DNA of 64,000 nucleotides from Octopus vulgaris (Eukaryota): assembly GCA_951406725.2 (NCBI GenBank), contig OX597814.1, positions 214,830,001-214,894,000 of the forward strand, in the 5' to 3' direction. The first letter of the stretch is position 1, and every line of letters begins with the position of its first letter. Below, piece by piece: positions 1 through 11,515 of this stretch. Under the pieces are notes generated by a model. The model was not told the DNA's origin. It searched no databases and saw only the letters and a program-made list of their open reading frames with translations. The position numbers were made by a program, and so were the translations under genes.

Positions 1-46
1 GTGAATATCCTCGTGCACTTTTGGGGTGCACAAAGCAATCACTCAC

Positions 47-330
47 TAGCCGTTGCTTTAATAATCCAGAATTCCACAAGTCAGAAACAACAAGACGCAG
101 ACGTAAAATATACATATAACTACTTTATTCTCTTTCTTGGTAAACAATAACAATAAGTGTGTTATCTGATGTCCTTGATTCTGGGCGCGCAAGGCTGAAA
201 GTTCATAGATTGTAATATTTACAATGTCCAGCCGATGAAAACAGAAAGGGTCCAAGATGGCGTCGAACAATGGAGACGATGTTGGTCTGCAACAATTTTG
301 GTTAAAAGTCTTCGGCCAAAGGACTGCTAG
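47..330 (-). other. Possible non-coding first exon of a minus-strand gene
   Basis: Minus-strand splice donor GCTA|GTGAGT at 47/46, downstream of the promoter motifs. The start coordinate is a guess. Confidence 0.3.
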
Positions 331-800
331 AATCTAATCCTGACGGAGAGAATATATGCGTGACCGTCGCCGTCAATCGCTGGGTCCCAAGTCATTGGCT
401 GCTGCTGCTAGCGGTCAAACGTTCTACGACCCCCTTGCCTCGCTAACTGCTACGTAGGCAATAGGGTCGTGCTACCGGTGGTTCGCGCATGCGCGAGAGG
501 GGCTTCCTTTCTGTGCCTTGGTAAAGGCACCAACACGCGCGAAATACAAATGGGCGTGCGCGAGCGCGCGCCGTTGTCGGATCACTACAGATGTATAATT
601 TTCACATTTTATCGCATTTATTAAAGCCCGAAAGTTCCGGTTGCCTTAATTTCAGGAGACCCTGTATATATCTATAATATAAATTGGACATGGGCGATCG
701 ATTAGAATGACCGCTAAATAAGGGGAGGGAGTAGAGGTAAGGGAGTAAAAATGTTCATAGCAATCGCGTAAGCGCGCATGTCCCGCACACCTACGTACTC
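240..800. promoter_or_regulatory. CpG-rich housekeeping-type promoter island
   Basis: Strong local CpG/GC enrichment against an AT-rich background. YY1-type CAAGATGGCG at 253-262, reverse CCAAT at 394-398, NRF1-type palindrome TCGCGCATGCGCGA at 483-496, ETS-type TTCCGG at 635-640, second GCGCGCATG near 772. Confidence 0.65.
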
Positions 801-811
801 TCGGAGTTTTA

Positions 812-920
812 TCATGGCTACCGGATAATTGTCACATATTATATTTACAGATAAATTCCTCTATTTACATAATATCGAGGTCTATTTCATTCTTTTGTTG
901 TCTTACCACTTCTATCAATA
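812..920 (+). mobile_element. Short repeat end running into (TA)n, possibly a Penelope-like 3' end
   Basis: Recalled similarity to an abundant octopus repeat terminus; ends in a TA run. Unverified. Confidence 0.25.
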
Positions 921-1021
921 TATATATATACTAAAAGACGAATAATATAATCATATGTAAACATGCAATGTGTCAAGCAATAGGCCACTGGTAATAATAA
1001 TTTATGTTATTACCCTATTTG

Positions 1022-1061
<40 letters not shown>

Positions 1062-1304
1062 GTGTGTATGTGTGTTCCTTATACATACATTCGTACATAT
1101 ATGTTGAGCACGCTTATCCAAGATTCCGTGCTATGGGATAAAATCTAGAACTTTGTAGAAATAACCTTTTTGTAACTACACATACAAAAAAAAAAAGGGA
1201 AAATAGAAATATATAAGTTAAGCAATATTTGGAAGAGAGCGAGTTATAGTGATTATGAAACGGGCATTCCTGTAGCGACCATTGCTTCTTTTCTTATGTC
1301 TAGG

Positions 1305-1920
1305 GACACGAAGCTCTAAATTCAAAGAATTGTGTAATTATATTTTTTCGGCATTGTTTGCAGACATTACCATAGGAATGGCTAATTAGATATTGGTTTT
1401 AGTTAAAACCAAACTTTGAGAAAAAAAGAAAAACAGAAAAAAGAAAATAACAAGTGATGCTATTGAACCTTCAGCCATCCTAGTTAATAGAAAAGTAAGT
1501 GACATTTTAAGGGAACGCTGGACTATTCTCAGATCTAGACATTTGATCAAACTAATAACGCCCACAGACAGTCAATCGGCCAGAATGCTAGAATATTGTT
1601 AGGCAATAACTAGTGACCAGAGCGTATGTCAAAACAAATGCTGTATCAAGACAGTCAGACAATGAGAATTCTGGCCCACAAGCAGACAAAAGCAAGTGAT
1701 GTCTTTGAGTAAGTATTAAACAGGACTTGAATCTTTGCCGTAAAATCTACATATATAAGGCAATATCAGCTCGAAAATAGTCCAAGTTCTACACTTGAAT
1801 GAGTAAAGCAAACGACAAACAATTCTACATCACATCACATAGCAAACATGGCAAAACACTTTTTCCTGTACCTTAACATTTTTCTGTCTAATTGCTAATA
1901 TAAGCCATTGTTATGAAACT
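1305..1920 (+). repeat. Diverged ~600-bp direct repeat, copy 1 (pseudo-LTR-like)
   Basis: Colinear shared blocks with 3133-3726: GTTTTAGTTAAAACCA, CCCACAGACAGT, CTACATATATAAGGCAATAT, TGTCTAATTGCTAA. Confidence 0.8.
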
Positions 1921-2269
1921 GAACTTTCATAATTTTTTTTTACTGCTGTGGGACTTATTGGCACTTGAATTTTTATTATATAATTTTGCTATGAAACCTA
2001 AATATTTGGGTTTGAAGATGTTTTATTGCTAGGCAACTTTTTCTTGTGCATTCTCTTTCTTTTAAATTTTAATCTTATTTTCATATATCATTGAAAAACA
2101 AAATCAAAAGAGTATTGAACTCGGTATGGTATCCCAGAGAAAGCCCGCTACCTCAACTCCTATTATTTTTGTTGTTTTCAGTTGTTTATTTGAGTCGAAT
2201 GCACTGTGTATGTTTTTCGTTCTATCGTGTCGTTATAAAGTATTTATTTTGGTTTATATTTCCTAATAA

Positions 2270-2980
2270 ATATATTTTCTTTATTTCATAAGAAGTGGAG
2301 TAATGTGTTTTCGATACACTAATATAAAGCGAAAGTTTGGTATTCAGAATGCATGTTGGACCAAGATCCTGGTGTATACTAACGAGTGTTTTTCTAGCAC
2401 TGGGGTGTCATATCTGTTGACGCTGGACCGTCATTCTGTGCCTCAGAGTTAATCCCATTTGTCTTATGTAGTCTTAATTACACCCATTGCATTTAATAAC
2501 TTAAATTTTTTCATTCGTGGGTCGTTCTTCAAAAACGGAATATTCTGATGAATGCTGCATGCTTCTGTATTTTGCTGTTGATATAGAAGGGTAATCTATT
2601 GGGTATGTCGGGCCTGTTTCTTGCTTTTTGTAACTCTTGAGTGTCTATCGTTTTTGCACGTTCTGTTCCATTATTGATTAAAATTCCTAGATATCACCTT
2701 TCGTGTAATATACTTCCGAATTCATGAACTTGTTTTCCCCAGATTTCGGAATGGGATGTAATTATGCAGGTTTTCCTTGCCAAGTTAAAAGGTATATTTA
2801 TTTTTATATGATTTGGATATCAGTAAGAAAGTAATAGAGATATTTTCTGAGTCTGTTAGTTTGAATTAGGTGTCAGTTTCAATGTTCGTATCTCTTTCTA
2901 TGATAAAGATGTCTGAAAATGGCAGTGTTTTTAACCATATTCCATTGTAAATTGGATATTATAGTTTATGCTACAAAGAA
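2270..2980 (-). pseudogene. Penelope-like element GIY-YIG endonuclease remnant
   Basis: Minus strand from 2506 translates I*VIKCNGCN*DYIRQMGLTLRHRMTVQRQQI*HP, matching the PLE pattern IYxIxCxxCxxxYIGQTxxxLxxRMxxH, with stops. Confidence 0.75.
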
Positions 2981-3132
2981 AACATGTTTATTAAGGAATA
3001 TAAATCAAAGGTAAATGCTTCACAGCAACACGATAGAACGAAAAAATACAGTATTTGCAACTCAAATATTCAACTAGAAACAGCAAAAATAGTGAAAGAG
3101 CATCAAAAGATGAGGCAACATGCTTCCTCCGG

Positions 3133-3726
3133 AATACGAAACTCTAACTTCAAACCATTATGTAATTAAATTTTTTTTCAACACTATTTGCTGTGTTACC
3201 CTAGTATTGACCAATTGTTTTATAGTTTTAGTTAAAACCAGAGTACGAAAAAGCAAACAAATGCTATTTAAGCATTCAGCTGGCCGGGGCACGAGGTAAA
3301 CGAGTCAGCCAATTGGAATGATAGACTACTGTCAGATAAAAACAAATGACCGTATCATTTGAAAATCGATTAACACCCACAGACAGTTTACTGGACAACT
3401 GTCGGGCAATGACTAGAGATCAGAACGTATGATAAACAAATGATATCCCCAGGCAATCAGCCAATGAGAACGCTGAGCCGCAGGCATACGGAAACAAGTG
3501 GCATCTTTGCGTAAGGGCCGATGAAGGCTTGAATGATTGTCGTAAAACCTACATATATAAGGCAATATTAGATAAAAGAAAAAAGTTCAAATTCCACACT
3601 CGAATGAGAAATAACAGGCAATAAACAATTTTGTCCCACTCCACATGACAGAATTGATAAAATAATTTTTCCTACACCTTAGAATATTCATGTCTAATTG
3701 CTAACATACTTTATTGCTATGAAACG
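3133..3726 (+). repeat. Diverged ~600-bp direct repeat, copy 2
   Basis: Aligns by eye with 1305-1920; retains CAGCCAATGAG and TATATAAGG. Confidence 0.8.
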
Positions 3727-3835
3727 TATTGGCTAGAGAAAGTAATTGGATCTATGTGGGCTTGAAAAAGTACACTTTAATTGTCTAGAAAGAGTATTTT
3801 TTACAATGGTGCTCAACAATTAACCCCACCCCCAC

Positions 3836-3907
3836 ATACATACACACAATCACCCTTTCATACACATATACACACATATATGCATGCATGTATACATACA
3901 TGCATGC

Positions 3908-3938
<31 letters not shown>

Positions 3939-3967
3939 CATACATACATACATACATACATACATAC
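3836..3967. repeat. (CATA)n microsatellite
   Basis: Directly visible. Confidence 0.95.
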
Positions 3968-6397
3968 AGGGTGGAGCAGAGAAGACGGACGTTTTTGAAA
4001 TGGCTATTACTCAGCCCCATTAGGAGGACTCCACTCTCTCAAACATTGCTCTGTATACAAAAAGGGAGATAATCGCGGCGGGGTGGGATGCTTCTATCGT
4101 AGATCTAATCAATCATCACCTGCGATTATGGAATTTTAAACAATTTGCATTGAAATTCCAAATGTTAATATTTCGTTTTTCACTTGTACTTTCCAAAGAA
4201 AAAAATATAATGAAAAAAGAAAAACCCTCAGCAAAAAATCTCTTTCCCTGCAATAGGGAACTGAAGGCCTTTTTATAGGATTGAAATATTAGATGTTCGG
4301 CAAATGGGTATTTCTTTTGCTTAGGATTTAATCAAATGTTATAAATCATCTTCCAGATAGCATTCTTTATCAGTTGATGGAAGGTATTGATGGAATTTGT
4401 AATATGTATTTTTATATAACATCGCATCCTTTCCAAAAAACTCTTTGATTTTTTATTAGCTGATGTACTATTATCCCAGTATAAGCATCTCCTTTTAATA
4501 TTTTGAAACGTACAGTGCCGCCTCACATGTGTGAAACCGTCTAAGCCACTAAAACATTAAGCCCAAGTTAAGGAAGGTACTTGCATGAGACGAGATATTG
4601 GGAAAAATAGTGACGTGGAAAAGTGTGAAGAAAAACCTAACATTAACAGAATGGGGATGGGGCACAATGAGTAATATTTACTGCATTTTTTACTTTGAGG
4701 AAAACAATATTTTTCTACTAATGATCACTACCTTACAAAAACTATATCAGCTAAGCAAATAACCTTCTCTAAATGTATTAAAAACACTATAGCATATTCA
4801 GAACGCTATTTCACAAAATTATCTCCGTTCGCTTTGAGCATACAAAAAGACAAATATAGGTGGGGCAAAATGAGTAAGTCAGGGTGGCTGAGTGTAGTTG
4901 GGACGAGATTAGACCAAGGAGCTGATCTGAGACTTCTGTATTAGCAGAAAGAGAATAGAGAGAAGACAGCACGTCTGTGGGCCAAAAGCTGGAGTGTGTC
5001 GAACGACTTTATACTAGTGAGTCAGTCAGGTGGCTGTTTTTATGATGCCCTCTCGCTTGTACTGTAGGAGCGCCATTCCAGTCGTAGGGTCACTATTCTA
5101 TTGTGGATCTCGCTCGAGCTTTTAAACGATTTGTAGTTGTTGAGGGCTGGAATAATTTTTGGCACCGAAGAGAAAGATGCAGTCTTTGCTGTGTTGAGGA
5201 TTCATTTTGCATCTTTTGTAAATTCATCTTGCATGTTTTTTTAAAAAAATAGATACAAGAATAATTTTTGCAGGTAGTTGTAGCCTATAAACTGCCTAAA
5301 GATAAAGAGCACATTTGGGTATAAGTTCAGTAAAGGGTTTAGTTCGGCGCCTAGCAGTTTTTGATAACAACATAATCTAAAAATAATTTTGAGTGTTTTC
5401 GGAAAAACATAGAAATAGTTTGAGACATTTCAAAATGTATTTATAACTGAACGAGAATATTTATAGCTTGGTTCCTTTTAGGAACATTAACGTTTTGCTT
5501 GACTGTATTATATTTGAAGTACCTGAAGCTTTGTATTATATTTAAAATACAAATAATAACTCTGTTATGATGGAAAAATGATTAAATTGTGCGTTATATT
5601 CAGCACAAAATTAATATACTTTTGTTTTTATATAAGTAGCTCTGTTGTTGTTTACTTATAACGGGATAAAAGGTAAAAACATCAACCCTGCAAGGAAATG
5701 CAGTGTAATTCTTTCAATATATGTCTTTGTTTAGTGTGTGAACAGCTTTTCTTTAAGTAAATTATTTGTTATAGGTCGGTGATGTATCATTTGTGAATTT
5801 CTATCTGCGAAACACTTTAAATGACTCGAACAAACAAAGAAGAGAGTCGTTAATAGTTGTTTTCTGCAGTAGTTTTGACACTGCAATTCCGATAACGTCT
5901 CAATAATATACTTATCACCAAACCCAAATGATTTCATATTATATATTTCATTATAGCATATAGAGAAAGAGTTTTGATCCAGATGTCATTTCTGCTTCAA
6001 GCAACCTTACGCTGCCAATGTCTTTCGGAAAGAACATGCCTTGATATTTTGTTCGTTATCCTTTGAATGATCCACGACTCGGTTTAACTCCATCACCTGC
6101 CTCTTGTCGTTAGCAGACTCCACTGTGTTGCAAGATTTCAGGTGAGGCATTTGGTCTGAAGAGAACTTACTTTCATCAGTCTAGGATGCCCTAATAAAGG
6201 CTTTGAACACTGTCCTTCTTTGACTTTACCATGAACATATTATTTAAGTTTCTTATGATTTGTTTGAATGAAACTTTTGAACAAGAGTAGTTTTTTTTGT
6301 TTTTAGTATGTCACTGATGTATTCTAAAATGGAAACATGTCTAAAACAATTGTATAAAAAATAGACAACTTATTTTCAATATCTTGATTTATTTTAG

Positions 6398-6612
6398 GGT
6401 GGCGAGCTGGCAGAATCGATAGCACGATGGATAATATGCTTAGCGGCATTTTGTCTGTCTTTACTTTCTGAGTTCAAATTCTTCCGAGGTCGTCTTTGCC
6501 TTTCGTCCTTTTGAGATCGATAAAATAAGTATCAGTTGAATACTGGGGTCGATGTAATCGACTCATCCCTTTCCCCGAAATTGCTGGCCTAGTGCCAGAA
6601 CTTGAAATCAAT
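6398..6612 (+). mobile_element. tRNA-derived SINE family B, older tail type
   Basis: Head GGTGGCGAGCTGGCAGAA, B-box-like GAGTTCAAATT, body GCCTTTCGTCCTTTTGAGATCGATAAAATAAGTA. Confidence 0.85.
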
Positions 6613-6864
6613 ATTTTTATTATGAACTTCAAGCATAGGATATTTCCATTGCATTCTTAGTACTTTATATTTTTATCAATTCCGTGATGTACAGCAAATT
6701 GTTTCTCCACACTCGCTATCTCTGGCTTCTTTGAACGGTTTTAGTAGCAGGTTAAATTCCTAGTGGTTACCAGTACCTCGCACAGCTTTTCCCCTACCGT
6801 GGTGGCTCCTTACACAATGCAATATAATTGACTATGTGTGAAAGGGAGTGATTGAGAGAGAGAG

Positions 6865-7000
6865 AGAGAGAACCCATTCTACTAAATGTCTTTTTTTCGA
6901 TCGAAGAAGGGTAAAAGGTAAAGTTGACCTCGGTGTTATTTGAACTCAGAATGTGAAGAGCCCAAACATTTGCCATAACCATTTTTTCAATCGGCCATTA
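6865..7000 (-). mobile_element. Degenerate SINE family B fragment
   Basis: Plus strand AAAGTTGACCTCGG..TTTGAACTCAGAA is the reverse complement of the B body. Confidence 0.65.
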
Positions 7001-7047
7001 ACACTCTCGTTTGGTACTGAGTGTAAGAATGAAACTGTTCCTGCCAA

Positions 7048-7362
7048 CAGACGCAGCATGACCGAATTGTGAAGTAGTTCGCTTCACAATCACAGGGTGG
7101 AATTTTGATCTTTTTAGCATAGCTGCAGGTGAATCGAAGCTTTGTGAATAAATTTTGGAAGACGAAAACTGTGCGGAAGCCCGTTGGACGGATGGCATGT
7201 ACATTTAGTTCAAAAGTTCAGCTTTGTTACACTGATTCCGCCTGAGAATTACATGAAGGGTACACGTATCTGTGGAATACTCAGCCACTTGGATGCTAAT
7301 TAAATAAGCAGGAAGTGCAGTTAATCAAACAACTGAAACCTCGTGGTCGTCGGTGGAGATCC
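7048..7362 (+). mobile_element. Old chimeric SINE (family A-like middle, family C/D-like 3' half)
   Basis: GCTTTGTGAATAAATTTTGGAAGACGAAAACTG..GAAGCCCG resembles family A; GAGAATTACATGAAGGGTACACGTATCTGTGGAATACTCAGCCACTT matches the C/D tail. Confidence 0.6.
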
Positions 7363-7785
7363 ATTTATCTCTGCTAATGGCACAAAACCGCTTTCATGGT
7401 TTTAGTGAGTTTTGTTTTTTATCAACAATAGCTGAGTGTTCAAGAAAAGTAGTGAAAATTGATAAAATCTTCGCCTAAGACTTACAGAGTGTTGACATGA
7501 GAATTTATGTAACAAAGTTAATTTTCTCTTAATCTCTAATGCAAAGCAACTGATTTGTGTAGCATTGAAAGAAGAAGCATGTTGAACAAATCGCTGAAAA
7601 TTATCTTTTTTATTGCCTCTATCCTTAGCTGCTATGAAATTATTGAATCGAATGAAGTAATCTGCATTTAATTACTCTGTTAAAAAGCAACAAAAAAACC
7701 CCCAAAAAACAAAAAAACAAACGAAAAACACATATATACCCACAATATTTTAGAAATAATTTTTTAAAACTTTACTCTCTATATA

Positions 7786-7947
7786 GGCGCAGGAGTGGCT
7801 GTGTGGTAAGTAGCTTGCTAACCAACCACATGGTTCCGGGTTCAGTCCCACTGCGTGGCATCTTGGGCAAGTGTCTTCTGCTATAGCCTCGGGCCGACCA
7901 AAACCTTGTGAGTGGATTTGGTAGACGGAAACTGAAAGAAGCCTGTC

Positions 7948-8017
<70 letters not shown>

Positions 8018-8219
8018 ATATGTTTGTGTGTCTGTGTTTGTCCCTCTAGCATTGCTTGACAACCGATGCTGGTGTGTTTACGTGCTCGTCACTTAGCGGT
8101 TCGGCAAAAGAGACCGATAGAATAAGTACTGGGCTTACAAAAGAATAAGTCCCGGGGTCGATTTGCTCGACTAAAGGCGGTGCTCCAGCATGGCCGCAGT
8201 CAAATGACTGAAACAAGTA
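7786..8219 (+). mobile_element. tRNA-derived SINE family A (CORE-like motif, internal TA/TG microsatellite)
   Basis: A box GTGGCTGTGTGGTAAG, B box GGTTCAGTCCC, CORE-like CTTGGGCAAGTG, tail CAGTCAAATGACTGAAACAAGT; many copies in the window. Confidence 0.9.
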
Positions 8220-8781
8220 GTTAAAAAAAAAAAGAAATATCATAGAAAATATTTCTATCTTTAGCTGAAGCCAGTAATACTTGTTGTATAACATATGTCA
8301 ATATATTTACTTAAAATGTTTAGTAAATTGGCATATAAGTTCGGTTCATGTTTTCGTTTTTTGATATTATTTAGCTAATAGTAGATGGCTATTTTTTAAC
8401 AAACATTCCTGCAAATTCTCCTTCTCATTGGGTTTGAAAACACGCAATTTATTTTCTGAAAACATACGCAATTTATTGGCCAACAATGGCTGCATATAAA
8501 TTTTCCCATTTCTCTTTCTCTATCTGCAAGCATTTATTTTCCATTATCACAAAATCGATTTCACAGAGACGACATTTTTATGAACGTTTATTTGCTTGTT
8601 ACATGTGTTACACATCAAAAATAATTCGTAGGCGAAGGTTTTCGTATTAGTATCTAAATAAAAATGCATATCGAATATTATTCAGAAAACGGAACCCTAG
8701 CTTTGAGCTAAATTGAAATCCAAATGGTATATTCTTCAGATCTTAAGTGAGTGTTTAGTCAAGAATTAAAGGCAGCATATA

Positions 8782-8949
8782 GGCGCAGGCGTGGCTGTGT
8801 GGTAAGAAGCTTATTTTCTAACCACATGGTCCCGGGATCATTCCCACTGCGTGAAACCTTGGGCAAGTGTCTTCTACTATAGCCTCAGACCGACTAATGC
8901 CTTGTGAGAGAATTTGGTAGACGGAAACTGAAAGAAGCCCGTCGCATAC

Positions 8950-9017
<68 letters not shown>

Positions 9018-9265
9018 GTGTGTAGTATGTATGTATGTATGTGTGTGTAGTATGTATGTATGTATGTGTGTCTGTGTTGTCCCCCACAACCGATGCAGGT
9101 GTGTTTATGTCTCCGCAAATTTGGCCAAAATGACCGATAAAATAAGTACTAGGCTTACAAAGACCAAGTCCTGGGGTCGATTTGTTCGACTAAAACCCTT
9201 GAAGGCGGTGCTCCAGCATGGCCGCAGTCAAATGACTGAAAAAAAGTAAAAAAGAATAAAAGAAT
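8782..9265 (+). mobile_element. SINE family A
   Basis: Full-length match to 7786-8219. Confidence 0.9.
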
Positions 9266-9349
9266 ATACGTGGGTTTTTATAAATGTTTTAAAATAAATG
9301 AATTTTACAGCCAGGTGAGTAAAAAACACACCAGAAAATCTCACTTTTT

Positions 9350-9715
9350 TTTTTAGTTAGTTTAATTAATTAGTTAATTTTTGGCTCAAAAGCAAAAAGC
9401 AAGGCCATGTAGGGGGACATGGAGTTAAGTACAGGGTGGTGTTCATCTAAAGAGTTCAGGCCACTTGAGGTCAAGGGAGACTTTGAACAAAGCGGTCGTC
9501 GGCATCCTCACCATCCCGTCCGGCAGCCCGTTCCACGGATCCGCAACCTGGACGGAGAAAGCTCCTCTCCTTCGATCGAGATGAAATCGTCGCAGGTAGA
9601 GCTCCTCGGAATGACCCCGCAGCCGACGCTCCGGAGCAGGAGTGAAGAACAGCTCCCTCGAGAGGCCACACTTTCCGCCCACGATGCTGTGAGCGAGAAT
9701 GAGACCACCACTCAT
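9350..9715 (-). mobile_element. CR1-group LINE 3' fragment
   Basis: RLRGHSEELYLRRFHLDRRRGAFSVQVADPWNGLP matches the CR1 ORF2 C-terminus (TRGH...FSxRVxxxWNxLP), followed by a short 3' UTR and tail. Confidence 0.85.
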
Positions 9716-10270
9716 CGCATTTACTTATTTGTATGAAGAGAATTAATAAACGATATCGCTTAGCAATCATTTGGGCTGGTGCTATTTTGTGTTCCCGTAG
9801 AATTTAGGAAACGAGAATCGTCTTCCCTGAAAAGGGATGTGCAACTCCCTGATGTCTCGTTGGTGAAATTTCTCGAATGCATTTTTGGCATTTTCCAATT
9901 ATGTGGAGTAAAACAAGCAACGAATCCCGAAGAGACACAAAATAATGCCTATATTTTCAATACATCTCCCAGCCCTCTCTTTGCCACACACACAGAAGCA
10001 CAAACACACATTTATGTATATGTGTGTGAGCACCTATCTATGTCTGATGTAAAAACAAGTGGATTAGGTTACAGAAATGTCCATTATATTATATTATTTC
10101 GTAAGTGACTCTTTTCTTTTTGTTTTTTGCTTTTCTTCTTCTTCTTCACTCTTTTTCACTGTGCAAACGTGTAGGTCGTATGTATGTCTCTTTGTCTGTG
10201 ACAACCTCAAAATTAATTTACTATTATTGAAAGAGTAGTTTCTACACTGATATGAGAAAGCGAGCGAGCG

Positions 10271-10318
<48 letters not shown>

Positions 10319-10438
10319 GGATGGGGGTAATTGATTAAATTATATAATATATTGTAAATACCATATAGAAGAAGATGTTGGCTATTGAAAGAAAATGGCT
10401 TTGTTAACCATGGTTTCAAGATAAGCAATTCTCATAAT

Positions 10439-10647
10439 AGCGGTGAGCTGGCAGAGTCGTTAGCATATCGGGCAAAATACTTAGCGGCTTTTCTTCCGGC
10501 TTTTCTGAGTTCGTATGCTGGCGGAGTCGACTTTGCACTTCATCCTCTCGGGGTCGATAACATAAGTACCAACAGAACATTGAGATTAATGATATCGACT
10601 AATCCCTTTTCCCTAAATTGCAGGCCTTGTGCCAAAATTTGAAAACA
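10439..10647 (+). mobile_element. SINE family B, older tail type
   Basis: GCGGTGAGCTGGCAGA head and B body. Confidence 0.8.
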
Positions 10648-10712
10648 ATAACTAACCAAACTTGATATCAAAGTGCACTTTTTTGCACAATCAATATTCA
10701 TTGCTGTTATAA

Positions 10713-11295
10713 GGCGGCGAGCTGGCAGAAACGTTAGCACGCCGGGCGAAATGCTTAGCCGTATTTCGTCTGCCGTTACGTTCTGAGTTCAAATTCTACC
10801 GAGGTCGACTTTGCTTTTCATCCTTTCGGGGTGGATAAATTAAGTACCAGTTACGCACTGGGGTCGATATAATCGACTTAATCCGTTTGTCTGTCCTTGT
10901 TTGTCCTCTCTGTGTTTAGCTCCTTCTGGGTAGTAAAGAAATAGGTATTTCGTCTGCCGCTACGTTCTGAGTTCAAATTTCGCCGAGGTCGACTTTGCCT
11001 TTCGTCCTTTCGGGGTCGATAAACTAAGTACCAGTTACGCACTGGGGTCGATGTAACCGACTTAATCCGTTTGTCTGTCCTTGTTCGTCCTCTCTGTGTT
11101 TAGTCCCTTGTGGGTAGTAAAGAAATAGATATTTCGTCTGCCGCTACGTTCTGAGTTCAAATTCCATTGAGATCGACTTTGTCTTTCATCCTTTCGGGGT
11201 CAATAAATTAAGTACCAGTTGCATACTGGGATCGATCTAATCGACTGGCCTCCCCCACCTCCAAAATTTCGGGCCTTGTGCCTAGAGTAGAAATG
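10713..11295 (+). mobile_element. SINE family B trimer (one head, 184-bp period)
   Basis: Junctions at 10943/4 and 11127/8; flanked by TSD AATATTCATTGCTGTTA (10693-10709 and 11296-11312). Confidence 0.9.
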
Positions 11296-11314
11296 AATAT
11301 TCATTGCTGTTAAT

Positions 11315-11515
11315 TAGCCCCAGGTCTTCTCTGATCGAGTAGACCCATGATCAAAGGCATCGAAGCCGTTGTCATCTCATATTTTTTTTCCCAAACTTGC
11401 TACTTTATCGAAAAGTGCTTTCATCGTTTTCTTTTTTTTTTTTTAGACGATAGAATTTAGTTTGAGAGAAATCTGACAACTATTTCTTGCAGGTAGAGCA
11501 ACCAGGTGGCTTCTT
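11315..11515 (-). mobile_element. Old interspersed repeat family E
   Basis: Shares GAGTAGACC(C/T)ATGATCA and GAGAGA(A/T)..TG(A/G)C.ACTATTT with 47855-48048, and on the opposite strand with 36325-36505. Orientation inferred. Confidence 0.55.

Noticed and set aside
3515-3552. CCGATGAAGGC..GTCGTAAAAC as a decayed hammerhead in the direct repeat
   Set aside because: Core is mutated, there is no clear stem I or III, and the motif is not preserved in the other repeat copy.
3967-6240. Possible decayed DNA transposon ends and transposase N-terminus (TACAGGGTG at ~3965; minus-strand MVKSK at ~6232)
   Set aside because: No matching second TIR or catalytic motif recognised.
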